A stretch of 64,000 nt of DNA from Moniliella sp. 'wahieum'. Its lineage: Eukaryota. Every line of letters starts with the position of its first letter. The first letter of the stretch is position 1. The DNA lies in the NCBI GenBank assembly GCA_003971905.1, contig RSEE01000056.1, positions 62,001 to 126,000 on the forward strand, given 5' to 3'. Below are positions 38,594 to 52,878 of the stretch, in pieces. The translations under genes were made by a program, and so were the position numbers. Below the pieces are notes generated by a model. The model saw nothing but the letters and a program-made list of their open reading frames with translations, made no database searches and was not told where the DNA came from.

Positions 38594-41500
38594 TCAGTCG
38601 TGACCAACGACAAAGAGCAAGTCGCCGGCGGAGACCGAGTCGCCAGCCTCTACGACGATACGTTTGACCTTTCCCGATACGGGGGAGGAAACGACAGTTT
38701 CCATCTTCATTGCGCTCAGGACGGCGAGGGGGTCACCTGCCTTGACCTGGTGACCTTCTTGTGCTCGGACTTCGACCACAACGGCAGCCAAGGGCGATCC
38801 TACTTCGCCTGGTTCGCCCGCGCGTGCACGTTCGCGGTGCACCGTCTCCACGGCAGCGCTCTTGTCCTCCACAATGATCGAGCGAGGTTCTGCGTTCAGC
38901 TCAAAGAAGACTTCGCGAGTGCCCTTGTCTGGGTTGACGGCGCCGACAGCGAGAAGCTGATGATGATGAGCAGTTTGCCACGGTCAATGTACGCGTGAAT
39001 TTCCTCGCCAACGGGGGCCTTGCTAAGGAAGTAGCGCGTGGGCATGTGGGAAAGGTCACCATATCTCCAAAACGCATGGAACTCTTCAAACACCTTGGGG
39101 TACATGGCATAACTAATCGCATCCGCTGTGGTGATCGTCTTGCCATACTTCTTGGTCAAGTCCTTCTTGATCTGGCGCAGGTCGACAGGCGCCATCGTAG
39201 CGCCTGGCGCCCTTCGATCTTGGGCTTGCCACGCAAGATCTTGGTCCGAAGGGGCTCAGGGAACCCACCGGGGGGCGTGCCGAGGTAGCCTTGGAAGTAC
39301 TCAATCACCGAGCTGGGGAAGTCGAGCTTGTCAGCCCGGGCCTCGACCTCGTCTTGGGTCAACTTGTTGGCCACCAGGAACTGAGCAAAGTCACCGACGA
39401 CCTTGGACGACGGCGTGACCTTGACAATGTCACCGCAGAGTTGTTGGCCACAATGTAGGCCTTCTTGATCTCGCTCCATTGGCTGCCCAGGCCGAGGGAC
39501 ATGGACTGGAACATGAGGTTGGTGTACTGACCGCCGGGCATCTCGTGGTCAAACACGGACGAATCCGAAGCCTTCACTTCCTGCTCAAAGCACTGGTACA
39601 GTTGGCGCACCGAAGTCCAGTACAGGTTGAGCGCCATGATGTCTTCGTGACGAATACCAGGGCCAAGACCGGTCTGTTCCAGCGCAGCGACCAGCGCGCC
39701 CATCGAAGGCTGCGACGTAAGGCCCGACATGGAGTCAATCGCAACGTCCACCACGTCGGCACCCGCCTCGGCGGCAGCAAGCATCGAGCTCAGCGCAATG
39801 CCCGCCGTGTCATGCGAGTGCACGTGGATGGGCAAGTCGGGGTACTTTTTGCGAATGGTGCCGATGAGCAACCGGGCCGCGGCTGGCTTGAGCAAACCAG
39901 CCATGTCCTTGACACCGAGAATGTGGATGCCCGTCTTGACCAATTCGTCAACGAGGTGCATGTAGTAGTCCAGCGTGTACTTGGGGTGCCCTTGGGGTTG
40001 GCCATCCGTGTAGCACACTGTGCCTTCCGCCACACCGCCCGCCTTCTTGGCCGCGTCAATGCCCAGGCGCAGACTGCCGAGGTCGTTGAGCGAGTCAAAG
40101 ACACGGAAAATATCCAGCCCATTCTCAACTGCCTTCTTGCTAAACTCGTAGATCAAGTTGTCCGGGTAGACGTGTAGCCCACCGCGTTGGCACCACGAAC
40201 AAGTGCCTGGAAAGGGATGTTGGGCACGAGCTTACGCAGCTTGCGCAACCGCTCCCACGGGTCTTCGTACAAGAAGCGCATGGCCACATCAAATAGCGCC
40301 ACCCCAGCATTCGAGAGAGAATGCGTTCTTCAACGCATACGAAGTCGTCTTGGCAATGTTGGTCATCTCAATCGTCCGCAAACGCGTGGCCAGCAGCGAC
40401 TGGTGAGCATCACGCCATGTGGTATCCATAATCAGAGTACCCTTGTAGGCGCGCACTGCCTTGGCAAACGCCTCGGGTCCTTCGTGGAGAAGGATGGAAC
40501 GCCATCCTTCTTGGCACGGCACAGCCGTGTCAATGGTCTGCGTCGGGTCATCCGGGTTGGTCAGGGTCGGGATCTCGATCTCCTTCTTGAGTCCTGGCTC
40601 GCCCATCTGGCCCTGGATGGAGGTCCCGTTGACCGCCATGTCACCAAGGTAAGCTAGAAGCTTCTGCGCCCGGTTCTGGCTCTGGACCAGGTTGAAGAGC
40701 TCGGGCGTGTCGTCGATCATTGTCGTCCAGGTGTTGGCCGAGGCAAAGGCATCGTGTGTGATGAGACGAACAAGGAAAGGGATGTTTGTCTTGACGCCCC
40801 GGATACGGAACTCAACAAGCGCACGCAGCATCTTGCGCCGGGTCACCTCATACGTCGCTCCACGGCAAGTCACCTTGACCAAAAGCGAGTCGTAGTGGGG
40901 CGTGATCTGCGCACCGGCAAATCCGCTCGAGGCATCGAGGCGCACACCATTGCCACCAGCCGAACGGTAGACTTCGATCTTGCCCGTATCCGGCTGGAAG
41001 TTCTGGGTCGGGTCCTCGGTGGTGATACGGCACTGAATGGCCGAGCCACGCTTCTGGATGTCTGCTGGGTCAGACCCAGGTCGTCCAGGTCGCACCGGCT
41101 GCGATTTGGATTTGGGCGCCGACAATGTCAATGCCCGTGATCTCTTCAGTGATGGTGTGTTCACCTGAAGACGCGGGTTGATCTCGATAAAGTAGTGGCG
41201 GTTCTGCTGGTCGACCAAGAACTCGGCTGTACCAGCGTTGCGGTAGCCTGCCGTCTTGGCCAGCTTGACAGCATCTGTCAGGATGGCCTGGCGGACCTTC
41301 TCGTGCAGGTTGGAGGCTGGGGCCACCTCCACCACCTTCTGATGCCGGCGCTGGACTGAACAGTCGCGCTCAAACAAGTGCACCACATTGCCCTCGCCAT
41401 CAGCGAGGAGTTGCACTTCAATGTGGCGCGGGTGGTCAAGGAAGCGCTCAATGAACACAGTCGGGTCGCCAAACGCCGATTTGGCCTCCGACTTGGCCAT

Positions 41501-42243
41501 GGAGAAAGCCTGTTCAAATTCATCCGCGCTGCGCACCACACGCATACCACGACCGCCACCGCCAAAGGCGGCCTTGATGATGACAGGGAAGCCCGCCTCC
41601 TTGATGAACGCCTTGGCCTCCTCGAAACTCTCGATCGGGCCAGGGGTACCGGGAACAATTGACACCCCAGCTCGGCGGGCTAGGTCACGAGCCTTGACCT
41701 TGTCGCCCAGCCCATCGATCGTCTCGGGACGCGGGCCGATAAAGGCAATGCCGGCAGCTTCGACCTTGCGCGCAAACTCGGCGTTCTCGGAGAGGAAGCC
41801 GTACCCCGGCTGGAAGAAGAAAGAGGTTAGCCCTATGCGACAGACCATAGGGCGTCGGGGGGGGGGGAACATACTGGATCATGTCTACGCCGTGATCGAG
41901 AGCAATGCGGATAATGTCGTCGATGGCCAGTAGGCACCGACGGCGGACAGGCCCGCACCGACCTGGTACGCCTCGTCGGCCTTCCAGCGGTGGGCGGACA
42001 TGCGGTCCTCGTTGGAGTAGATGGCGACGGTGGACATGGCAAACTCGTGGGCGGTGCGGAAGACGCGGATGGCGATCTCGCCGCGGTTGGCCACCATGAG
42101 CTTGCGCAGGGCTCGCCATCGTCGGCGCCGCCCATGTTCTGGCGGATCTTGGCGAGGGTGGGGATGGCATGTCCGGTGAGGACGCTGGGCGTGGCGGGGA
42201 CGCTGACGAAGGGGTCGACGACGGAGGGGTTGTGCTCAGCCAT
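38594..42243 (-). CDS. PYC1: Pyruvate carboxylase; intron ~41810-41874; frameshifted
   Basis: [102 protein letters not shown], biotin site SAMKMET. Confidence 0.97.
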
Positions 42244-45200
42244 CGTCGGCGCAATCGGGGTGGTGGGGGGAGGGCGAGGACGTGGCCGAGGCGAAGAAAA
42301 GCACGCGAGGAGCACAACCACAGACGACGCTGCCCCGTGCGCAGCCGCCCTTGCCCGGCCGCACGGCGCCAGTCAGCCCCGTGCATGCGCTGCCCAGGCG
42401 CCTGGCTGCCCCGCTGCCCAGCCGCCAGCCGGGCCGCGCCCCCCGGCTGCCGGTGGCTCGTGCCACGCGCGGCCCCGCACGCGCCGCTCTCCCCGCACGC
42501 GGGCTGCACACAGGCGCCCGGCGGACGAGCCAGCTGGCCAGGCCCCAGGAGCCTTAGCGCTGCGGCCGGGCCCGCGGGCGCGTCGACGCACTGCGCCACG
42601 CACTGGCGCCGTGCGGCCGCTGCAGGGCCGCACGGGGGGAGCACGAAGCGAGCGTGCTTCCACACTGGTGCCGAGCCCGGTGGGATTGATGCAAATGGAT
42701 GGTGGGTGATCGAGTGGTCGCCCAGCGCAGCTCCCCCGGCGGCGGCGTTGGATGATCGATCAGCGCTTGTCGTCCCACAGAAAGCGGCGGCCCGTCGGCT
42801 GCGTTCCCACCGCCTCCGTCCCTCCCACTCCCCACTCCCGACTCACGCGCCGCGCCTCCGCTCGCCTCCCTCCGCTCCGCCTCGCCCCAGCGCACCCGCG
42901 GCTCCAGCCTTCGCAGCCTCCCAGGATGGGGCAGGATCAATCTCCATGATCGATCGCTGGATTCTGATCGACGGGTGCGCTCCACCTCTCCTCGCTTTTT
43001 CTCACGCCCAGCCTCCGTCCCACTCCGTCTGAGTACTCAGTATCATTCCCCTGACCACCTGACCCTGGCCATCTCACCCGTTACCTTTTCTTCCCCACGG
43101 TCGGCAAACACGACTCAAGACACTAAGGTTATGTATTTCGCAACAACTCAACAGTGGGCATGCGGGGCCCCACATCGCTATCATTGATCATCGATCATAG
43201 CCTCTCTTCGCATTTTCGTTCCCACGCACGTTCCGATAACATGATTTCTTTTGTCACAAGAAACACGCATTGCCATCGAATATTGAATGCAGAGGACAGA
43301 CAGGGCCTGCTGCCTAGACAGACCGCGGGTTGGGCGGGTTTAATCAGCATTAATAAGCGTTTCGGTAGCTTCGTTTCACGCCAACGTGCGCGTGTCGCAG
43401 TGGGGGGGAGGGGGCGGGAACACTGCGTCACTATCCTGACTAAAAAGCATTGGCATCGCATGAACAACGGGGGAGCTTGGGGCAAAATATACGGGCTGGC
43501 CGCTATCGAAGACTGTGATTTGACAGTGGCAGAAAAAGATCAGATGTCACTGTCATGTAAAGGACAAAGGCATATGCAGGCCTGCATTGGATCTGTATCT
43601 TAAGAAAAGACCGTTTTGGGTCACGTCCCAACGATCTGGTGCTCACCAGCGTCTCGGCCGCGGAGCATATCTGTTGCTGTCGAGTTTCAAAGTCCATAGA
43701 TCTCAGAATCTAATCCTTGTCACAGTCGGGGTTAAGGCGAGGGAGACCACAGAGTCGAGATAGGTCAAAGAAGGAGGGGATGTAGCAATCGTTCGTGGGG
43801 GAAAAGCAAGAGAAGGACATGGTGCAAGCGGAAGAACAGGGAAGGAGCGAGACACTTGGGAGAAGAAATGAGAAATGGGAGGGAGATCAGCCAAACTATC
43901 AAGACAATCCTCTTCATATGCTTCCAGCTACACATTGAAGTGCCTCGTTTTGTTCCAGTGACAAGTGACTATTCATGAGTACTAGTGAGTAGTAATTAGT
44001 AACAGGTCGGGGGCACCGGTTATCTCATGTCGCCCTCGAGGACCTCATTGACCTCTTCCTCATCACTGATTCCGCTAAACGTCTGTCCTCCAGGTCCCGA
44101 GACAGAGCCAAATACACTAGTCCTGCCGAACCGGTGCACACGCAAACCTCCTTACGTTACCACGCAAGTCATGAACCAATACTGAAGTGGCCCTCGTCTT
44201 GCCCCCTTGTCTCGCTTCTATAGCCCGTTCGGAGAGACTCCTCCGCTCTTCAGGTTCCCAGCTCGTGGTCCGATACCTTTTCGTACCGTCTTGCATGGTG
44301 ACATATATAATACCTTTGCATTGTCATAGGCAGGTGGGCAAGCTGTCTCTGGGGCGTGCGTGCCTCTGTTGTGTATACTTGGCGTTCTTATTTCAACAGC
44401 ACCATAACAAAACCCAAGCCCAGCACCTTCTCCCAGCAAGAGGGCGAGAGGGGAAAAGGCAGCCTTCAGGGGGCGGGGACGCATCTCGATGGATGCCACC
44501 TTTTGGTATGCACATTTCATTGTAGCTGCTCCCTGCGGCCGTCTCCGAATCTTCAAGTATGGCGGTATTGCTCACCACAATGCATCTCTGTGATCCAACC
44601 GACGCTTCCGGTCCTATTACACGGTACTAACATAAATAGCCGCCGCATAGGATAGTTCCTTTGCATGTATCCTATCCACGTTGTGTTTTCTCTATATCTT
44701 TTTCGAGCCATCGGTTCGTATCTCTTACGGCAGGTGTACACAATTCATTTCTAAAAGAGGTCATCATGTTGATTCCACAATTCAATGCTCCGCCTCATCG
44801 CCAACTGCTCTTCACCCCACATCGACACCTCAACCCTCAACAGCCTTGTTCCATATCGATCACGTTTCAATCAAAACGTGTCCGTTCGATCTAATCCTCG
44901 ACTTGACCTCGCTACGACAGTCAATGTGCTTATTAAGGGGGTATATTGATGGTTAATGTATTGCACGCAGCCTTTCAAGAACGGATTGATCGGCCCCAAA
45001 AAACTGTATAACTAGAGAAGATTCATGTAACGCGTAACGCGAAACGCGAAACATCCAGTCGCAGGGCCGAGGGGGTCCTCTATGCCGCCGTTACAAGTAG
45101 CCTCAGTATCCGAATACCTACTGCGGCCCAGTGCCCCAGTCCCCGCGCGTGCGACGCCTACCTTGCAACTTTCATCCCCACGTGCAATTCCGCCGAGGGA

Positions 45201-45339
45201 AGAATCGCTTCCGCCCGCCGGGCAAGAATGCCAGGCGAAGCTGGCCCGAGGGAGCGTTGAGGGGGTGTTGAGGGTGTGCGTCCTCCCACCTTCCCACCAT
45301 CCCCCCTTCCCACCACCTGCCTTGATTCTTCTTCGTGCC

Positions 45340-45860
45340 ATGGCCGCCGACGCCCATCGCCGGCGCCGCCGTCTGCCGCCCCGACCACACGGGTGGGCAC
45401 TTCGTCTCTTGCTGAAGGCACCAAGGCGTTCGAGGAGGAGCTTGCGCGGGAGCGGCTACTTCAAGCGGCTGCCTATCCGGCCGAGGAGATGCCCTCGTGC
45501 CTGAGCGAGTTTGACAAGTGGGCTACGTGCTGGGCGCCATTCAAGCAAGTTAACCGTGTTTACCGTTACGGCAGTATCTTTGGTTGTGAGAAAGTGTACG
45601 ACGACTGGAAGCGGTGTCTGTCCTTCAAACACTTGCCTATCGAGCAACGGTACCCCGCGTGGATTGATCAGCGCGCGCGCGATGTGCTTCAACAGCGCGA
45701 ACAAGGGTCGTCCGGAGTATGGGAGTCGCGCTCTGGGCCTCTGGTTGACCCAGATTACATGCCCCGGATCCAAAAGGAACTGTTGGACCCACTGCGGAAG
45801 CATAACAGGACGCCCATGTACGTGTCTTGCCTCCCTTTTCTTGCCCTTCTCCCATCGTGA
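45340..45860 (+). CDS. EMI1: EMI1-like small cysteine protein (early meiotic induction 1 / DUF3128 family); 3' end uncertain
   Basis: PSCLSEFDKWATC...QVNRVYRYG...CEKVYDDWKRCL...SS.VWESR matches the family's Cx9C...YRYG...Cx9C...VWE pattern. Confidence 0.72.
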
Positions 45861-47043
45861 TGAAGACACAGATAATCCATTCCCTGATCAAGTGGGGAGG
45901 ACGCTGCGCGGAGGAGATGGGTCTTTGGCCCTTCCTTTCCGCACCGCGGTTGCTGGAGTGCTAGGCACGTCAGGGTCGTCAGGTCCAGGCACGGCTCCTT
46001 GCTCGGCTTGTTTCCCCCTTGGGGGTGGCAGGTAGGCAGGTGTGAGCCACCAGGACCTTGTGGCACTGTGGGTTGCTGGCCAATCCAGTGGCTGCGGCAT
46101 GCAGTTCCTCCCCCTGTGACGCGACCATCTTTCTCTGATTCTTTGCTCCGTCCCTGCTGGTAGCCAATGTGAAGTGAGTACTAACGAGTGATGTTGAAGA
46201 TGCTCAGGCAGCGATGCATCTGTTGCCACGTGTCCGATACCAGGCCTCCTCACGCCTCACTTGCCTGAGGGGGTTGCTACAGCCAAAACTTGTACTCTAT
46301 TCAATAATCATGCACCGTATCGTTTGGCGTCGTACCGTATGGAATAGGCCCCACAGACCAGGCAGTGATAGGAAGAGCTAAGCACCGAGTGAGTAGTCGT
46401 GCTCGGCATGGTTTCCAAGTTGAGTTCGCTTCAGTTCTCTACTTATCGGTTTGCCAGTCCTATGTGTGCGGCGCGGCAACCATTTTGAGAGGACAAGCAA
46501 TGGTCTTGCTGCTTGTCTGCTTGGTCGGGGACCGGATCCTGCTCCTTCCTCAGCCCCTCCCCAAGATGGTATTCTCTGGGGATCGGCGTCAAGCATGCTC
46601 CGCTCGCAGAGAAAAACAGGTTTGCATGGCCGGTATAGGAAAAGGATGCATCGCAGAGAGCGCCTATTTGAACAACTTCACCCTCGAATAACACGGTGGG
46701 GTAGGGTGGAGGTGGGAGGGACATATGTCGCACATGCACACAAGGATCGACGTCCTTTCGGTCCTATGTCTTTCCTATCCTAGCCTCACCAACCATCCTT
46801 GCAGCTGGAGAGGAGGTGATGAGGCAATAACAAGAGCATGCATGTCATGCTACCCGGCGCGTGCACAGTCACAAGAACGGTCACCGCGACCGTGCAGGTG
46901 ATGGTGATGCAAACCATCCGAACGACGACAACCCCGACCTGACACTTAAGTTGCACGCATGCGAACCGACCCGGGCACGGACGGGGGAGCCAACGCGCTG
47001 GGCGAACGAGCGAATGTGCCGGGTCGGCGGGGCGGGAGGGAGC

Positions 47044-48733
47044 TCAGGTGAGAGGGACGCAGATGGTGAGGTGAGGAGGGTAGCGCGCCGAACAGGGAGG
47101 CAAGGGAGGGGAAAGGGAGGGGGAAAGGGTGCGAAGTCCCTCCAGTGGTTCGGCAGTTTGCGATCGGGTGGGGACCGGTCGAGTAACCGGTTTGGACGGG
47201 TTTGAAGCGACGGTTACCCCGCTGGACCAGGTGGGCTGGGGAGAGAAAGAGGTCAAAGAGCCTTTGCGAGAGGTAGCTTCCTCTCCTTGCTTGGACAATG
47301 TGCTTGTGCTTGTGCTTGTGCTTGTGCATGGCCTAGGCCGACGAGCGGTAGGAGGAAGAGGCAGAGCAGTCTGCCCCTGGACCCTCGAGGAGGGCGCCTG
47401 TGCACTGCGGGTAGACGGTTCCAGCACTTCTGTCCGTTCCTTCTTAGTTCGAGTGCTGCCGTGGCGGGTTGGCCGTACAGTCTGCCCTGCAGTGTGGTTC
47501 CGGTCCGGATCAGGGAAGAGCAGTGGCGATAGCCGCTCTTGGTCCGTGCGACGATCAGAATGGGGTGCGGGTACCCGGACTGGATCCCGCTCCGGAGGTA
47601 GATCTAGGACTGCGTTCAGACCTCTTTGTGTCCGGTCTTGATCCCGGGCACTAGTAAATGAAGGCGCCAACGGAGGCCGCAGGGTCTTCTGTCCCTCGGA
47701 GGAGGGGCGCGAGGTGGCATCAGCAGGATCCGGCAGAGAGGCTGGAGTTGAAGATGTGAATGTTGGTGAAGGTGAGGGCGAGGGCGAGGGTGTAGTTGAA
47801 GTTGAAGTTGCAGTTGAATTTGAAGTTAACGTTGAAGTCAAAGTTGTGGGTGTGGGTATAGCAGGATGGAGGAGGTCCTGTTCCGGATGGAAACCAAGGT
47901 GAGAAACTCATCCAAGGCCTGGGAGACTTTAATGTCAGCCTGGTCGTGGGCATGGGCAGAGCGAGGAGCTTGGTGGCGGATTTGGTCCAGCAACTCCTCA
48001 CCTCCACGGGCACGGAAGGTATCCTTGCGGCCCATGAGGGCAGGTCCAAGGACTTGGAGGGAGAGTACGACCAAGCTGGTGGACAAGGTGCGGAGACTAG
48101 ACTTAGGGGCAAGATAGCGTTTGGGTCCGAGGGCACTCTGGGCAACTCGAGTTCCGGCAGAGCGTGGGGGTGACGCAGACCTGCAAACAAGCCCAGCAGA
48201 ACGAGAAACAGATCCACCACGCCGTCCAGAGCAAGGAAGTCGGAGCTGGCACGGTGGTAGAGCATGAGCCCAGGGAGGAGAAGCAGACACAGTTCGGCCT
48301 CGTGCAACGCCTCGGACAGAGCGAGGACGACGCGGGGAGGGAACTGGGGCGTACCGGCTGCGCTATCTTCGTCACGGCCTGGGTCGGGGCGGACAGCAAG
48401 AAGGGCGCTCGTAGCAGCCGATGCCTGGGCATGGAGGAGACGAAGGTGGCCGACCAGAACACAGGCCACATTGCACCCGGGTAGTTCCTGGCTCTGTTGC
48501 CAGAGGGACCGCGGCGGGGCGGCAGCGAGGAGGGTGGCGATGCGCTTGAGCGCCGCGAGACGCGAGGCGTGCTGGCTGGGGGGGAGAGGAGGGTGGAGGT
48601 GGCGCGCTGGAGGACAGGCGCCAGAGCGGAGGCTGGGCTGGCTGCGTGCGCAGGCGCGGCGGGGCCGCAGAGGCTGCTGCTCATGGCCGATGGGGGGGGC
48701 TAGCTCCAGCGTCGCGTCCACGGCGGCCCACAA
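47044..48733 (-). CDS. Helical protein, possibly SIN-pathway Cdc14 family (S. pombe Cdc14-like, not the phosphatase), with low-complexity tail; frameshifted
   Basis: Overlapping ORFs 47720-48733, 47838-48290 and 47044-47841 join into one coding-like unit; GCNVACVL, LLLLPGLMLYHRASSDFL..VDLFLVLL, TFRARGG and IKV...EFL resemble that family from recall only. Confidence 0.45.
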
Positions 48734-49174
48734 GCGGAGGGGAGCGTTGAGTGTTGCTCTAGCCCTTTGAAAGTTGCAATCCGCCAGCAGCGTGTGGGCG
48801 GCAAGCCAGACGCTCGCACGCGGGGAGTGTATGATGTCACTGGGTGGGCCGGATTTTTTTTTTTTTTACTCCGCCCCCGCCGGAACCTGCCCGCATGGCC
48901 GCCGATATACATACGGACCTCGGGGCTGCTGCGGCTGCTACTGAGCTGCTGAAAACCGCAGTATAGGGGGGGGTCTGTCCAATGCTATTGCCGACACCCA
49001 CCACCCCTTCAGGGAGTCCCAACCAGTCCAAGGGAAGACAGACGCGCGCAAGGCGCACAGGCTGGCGCTGGCGCAGATGAGAGCACCGAGAAAACATATA
49101 GAGAACAAAAGCATATTTCACACCAAAAACCCACTGCAGAGAGCATACTGTTGTACCTCTCTTCTGTTGACGGT

Positions 49175-51368
49175 CTACTCGGCATTAAAGACGCGCGACA
49201 TGGCAGCCTGGCGCTTTAGGGCCGGCGGGCAGTCGCCCCGTGGGAGGAAGACCTCGACGACAGTGCACTTGTCGGCCCGGTTGAACGCACGGTCCTCAAG
49301 AAGATGGTCGAGCGCTTCCTTGGTGTGCACGGCATAGTACGCTGTCTGGCTGGGCTCGGGATCGTTCGCATGCGACGGCACGTTAGGGCGCACCCATCCA
49401 GGTGGCGCACTCAAAAAGTCCAGCATGACCGAATGGTTCCAACGTGCCACGCTGCCCATTGGAGAAGGCGCAAGAGCGGACACAAAGAAGAGAGAGGGAG
49501 AAGGAAATGTGGTTAGAACAGGGATCCTACACTACCCAGAAAGAAAAAGAGGATATGGGATTTGATAAGGCTTACTCGTTGTACGATTCGTCCTCTCCAA
49601 AGATTTGCCGCTCAATTTCGTACCCATCGTTGTTGAGGAGAAAGATGAGCGGGGTCAAGCCGTGGCGGATGACCGTACTGATTTCCTGAACTGTGAGCTG
49701 GAGAGACCCGTCACCGATGAACAAGATGGTGCGGCCTGGGCGGGTGGGGTCTTCGTGTTTGAGTTGGCGCAATCCCAGCGCTGCGCCCATCACGGCCCCG
49801 CCTGTGTATCCAATCGACCCCCATAAGACCTGAGAGAGCCAGTGCACATTGGCGGGAAAGGTAACATCCATCAAGCCAAAGACGGAAGTGCCAGTTTCAC
49901 CCAAGATGACATCGCCTGTGCGGAAAAATTGACCGACGCGGGGCCAGAGGTAAGCCTGGGTAATCGGGTCCTTGTGTTTGTACCCCTCTACGCCTCCGAT
50001 GCTCGCGAGGGCGGTGGCATCCAGCTCGTTCAGGTCTTCCTCTGGTGTAGGCAACTGGTTGACCAGCGTAGCGTAGGCCGGGGCCAGTACGGTACGCGTT
50101 TGTCCCCAACGCTCCGCCTGGTGTGACTTGAGTCCTGCGGAGATCTTGGGAATCAAGTGCTTCATGGCCACATGGTCAAACCGCGCAAATCCAATCTCGC
50201 AATAGGTGCTGTGGAGCTCAATGGTATGAGACTTGCGAGTTCGGTAGCTGAACGAGTTGGGTATTGTAGTCCGATAATAGGGTGCCGACCGAGATGATCA
50301 GATCCGCCTGATTCTCCACGATTTTCTTAACGGTAGCGTGAGACGAAGCGCCATGGTACACGCCGCCAAAATGGGCATTCTGTTGCTCGTCCAATCCGCC
50401 TTTGCCCATAGGTGTGTGAAAAAGGCCAATCCACTTTGCTCGACCAACTCACGCACCTCGCTCGCCACATTGTACCGCTTGGCACGCATCCACAATCAGC
50501 ACGGGTAAGTGAGCCGAATTGATGACAGCCAGTATCTCTTCCAAAACGCTTTGCTTTCTCCAAGTCGTTGGAGGAGGAAGTGTATCCAAGGGCGTTTTCA
50601 GTCGACGCGCCGATTCGTTGGGTAACTTGTAATCCACCAAGTTGCTCGGAAGTGCGATGTACACTGGGAGGGAATGAACCAAGCAGTGTTCCACGGTAGC
50701 GTCAAACTCACGCGCCGCGTCGTCGCCACCTACCAAGGTCCCGTCCGTGTCGGTACGCTGGATCAGGCGTCCCTCGCGAAAAAGCGTGTAAAAATCAAGT
50801 TGCTTGGAAGTAATCTGGCGTGCCATGTTGAGGAACGCATCGAATTTGTGGTCGCCTGTGGAACAGGACACAAGACAAAGAAAACGAGCAGTTTGGGTCA
50901 AAATTCGGTTCTTTTTCACTCATCTTTCCCTTCCTCCACGCAGAGTATAAATCATGTCTAGCACAGAAGAAATGAGAAAAAACAAAAGGAGGAAAACGTA
51001 CCCAGCGTGTGATGAAGCAGTAGACCCTCGTCCTGAGCTTTTGTCGAGGGAGTACCGACAATGTGAATTACGGGCAACCGTTCGGCCATGCTACCTCCCA
51101 AGGCATTGCAAGCGCTCAGTTCCCCTACACCAAAAGTGGTCGTAATTACCGACGGACGGGGCTGGTCCTCAGCCAGAACGCGAGCCAAGCCATCCGCCGA
51201 ATAGCCTGCATTGAGCTCATTCGTGTTGCCCACCCACTTGAGGCCGCCCTCTCGGAACCTGGTTAGGAGGGCCAAGTTAAAGTCGCCGGGTACCCCCTGG
51301 ATGTACTCAACACCGAGTTGGTGTAAGCGCTGGATCATGTAACCACTGAGGGTGAGTTCGTCCGTCAT
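49175..51368 (-). CDS. PDC1: Pyruvate decarboxylase (ThDP-dependent 2-oxo-acid decarboxylase); at least two introns; frameshifted
   Basis: GVPGDFNL, WVGNTNELNAGYSADG, TTFGVGELSA, LLHHTLG, MGKG, LSDYNT, ETGTSVFG, QVLWGSIGY, ThDP motif GDGSLQLTVQE...LNNDGYEIER. Confidence 0.95.
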
Positions 51369-52878
51369 GATGGTAGCGGCAATCGGTGTCTTCTGAAAGA
51401 ACTGAGAGGATATACAGGTGCAGTTGTATGGGGGGAAGAGGAGAGAGAGCGAAGACGTTGAGGAGGAAAGGAGGGATGGAAAACACTATGCTGTGGGATG
51501 GTCAGGGGCTTTTCTTATACCCGTAGAGCACGCACGAGCCATATTTGTGAGTTGGCACACAAAACAACAACCCATCATCGATCATCGATCATCCCCCCGT
51601 TGCGGCATGCTATGGACTGTATATGAGTGCCAGCCTGCTACAACCAAAGGGCGGCGACTGCTACGGTGGTCCAGGGGCGGTAGTGGGCAGATCATCTTGG
51701 AAGGGGGGGGGGGAGTGCTACAGCACAGCTGGTCCGATCGTGGTTGTTAGAGCAGCGGAAATAAGTTGACACACAGGGGTATCGGCACGGGGCTGCAGTC
51801 TCGAGAAGAGGCTGTGGAGACAGACCTTGAGCGCTGGACCTTATGGAGAGTAGACTAGTATAAGTGAGCTGTGAGCGTGTGGGGCCCCACCGACGCCTCT
51901 TATACGACTTGGAGAGCGCCACGGTCGCTAGTCACTGTCGCACCACCCTTGCCGCTGCCGAAACGCCACCACTGCCGGCCGCGGCAGGCAAAGACTGTCT
52001 TCGCCCGGGAGGCCACACAGTTACGGGTGTGCTGAGCATTGATTGACTGTGGCCAGTTCGGTGAGTACGTGCATGCGGAATCGCAGAGAGGTGGTAGGAT
52101 GCAGGTGTGGCGAAACGTTAAACGGGCAAGAGTTTGATGGCGCTATTGGGCGCTTTTTTTGCGAGGGTGCAAAGTATGTTTAGTACCATAGTGTGGCAAT
52201 AGTCTTCTCTCTCTCCCCCTTTCCAGTGACTAGTGACCTCACTACTACTCACTCCCATTTGATTTTTGTCTTGCCTGAATCAGGCATGCCCGACGGGGAA
52301 ACCTATCGGTTGTGTCCAGACCTATTTGTGGCAGAAGGGCCAGATAGTGCGGTAGTCTCCCTGCCCGCTCTATCCCTTCGTTTCCTTGGCAGCTTCCGAG
52401 ATGAATCGCACTACAGGGACTTGACGCTGTCATCTTTCTTGCGTATAAAATGGTGCTGAACTCTCTGTGCCGCCCACGAGCAAACACAGTACCTAATGCT
52501 GAACGACATTCGTATCCACCCACTTCTACGTTGCAGCAGCGACAACCTAGACTCTTGACACGAACTCCCTTGAAGCTTGACAGACTCTCAATGACCCTGG
52601 TTCTATCTCCAAAATTCCAAACCATGCCAGCACAGCCGACAACGCAGATGCAGGTTGCAGAATGGGCGGGATGCCTAACGCATATGTAGTGCAGGGGCAG
52701 AACCTGTGCCCACACGGGGATCCGTACAGGCTGGCAGCAGGCGCCGCACCGAGCCGAGCCAAGCCCGCCGGTACCTTTTGTTGCAACGCATTGCCAGGAG
52801 CATCGTCCAGAGCATGACGCAGAAAGGAGGGGGACGATACTGGACGAAGAGAAGAAACCCGGGAACGGGAACGGGAGT

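Noticed and set aside
43545..43963. Possible second solo LTR or MITE with TGTCACTG...CAGTGACA ends
   Set aside because: No target-site duplication (TCAGA versus AGTGA) and no second copy in the window
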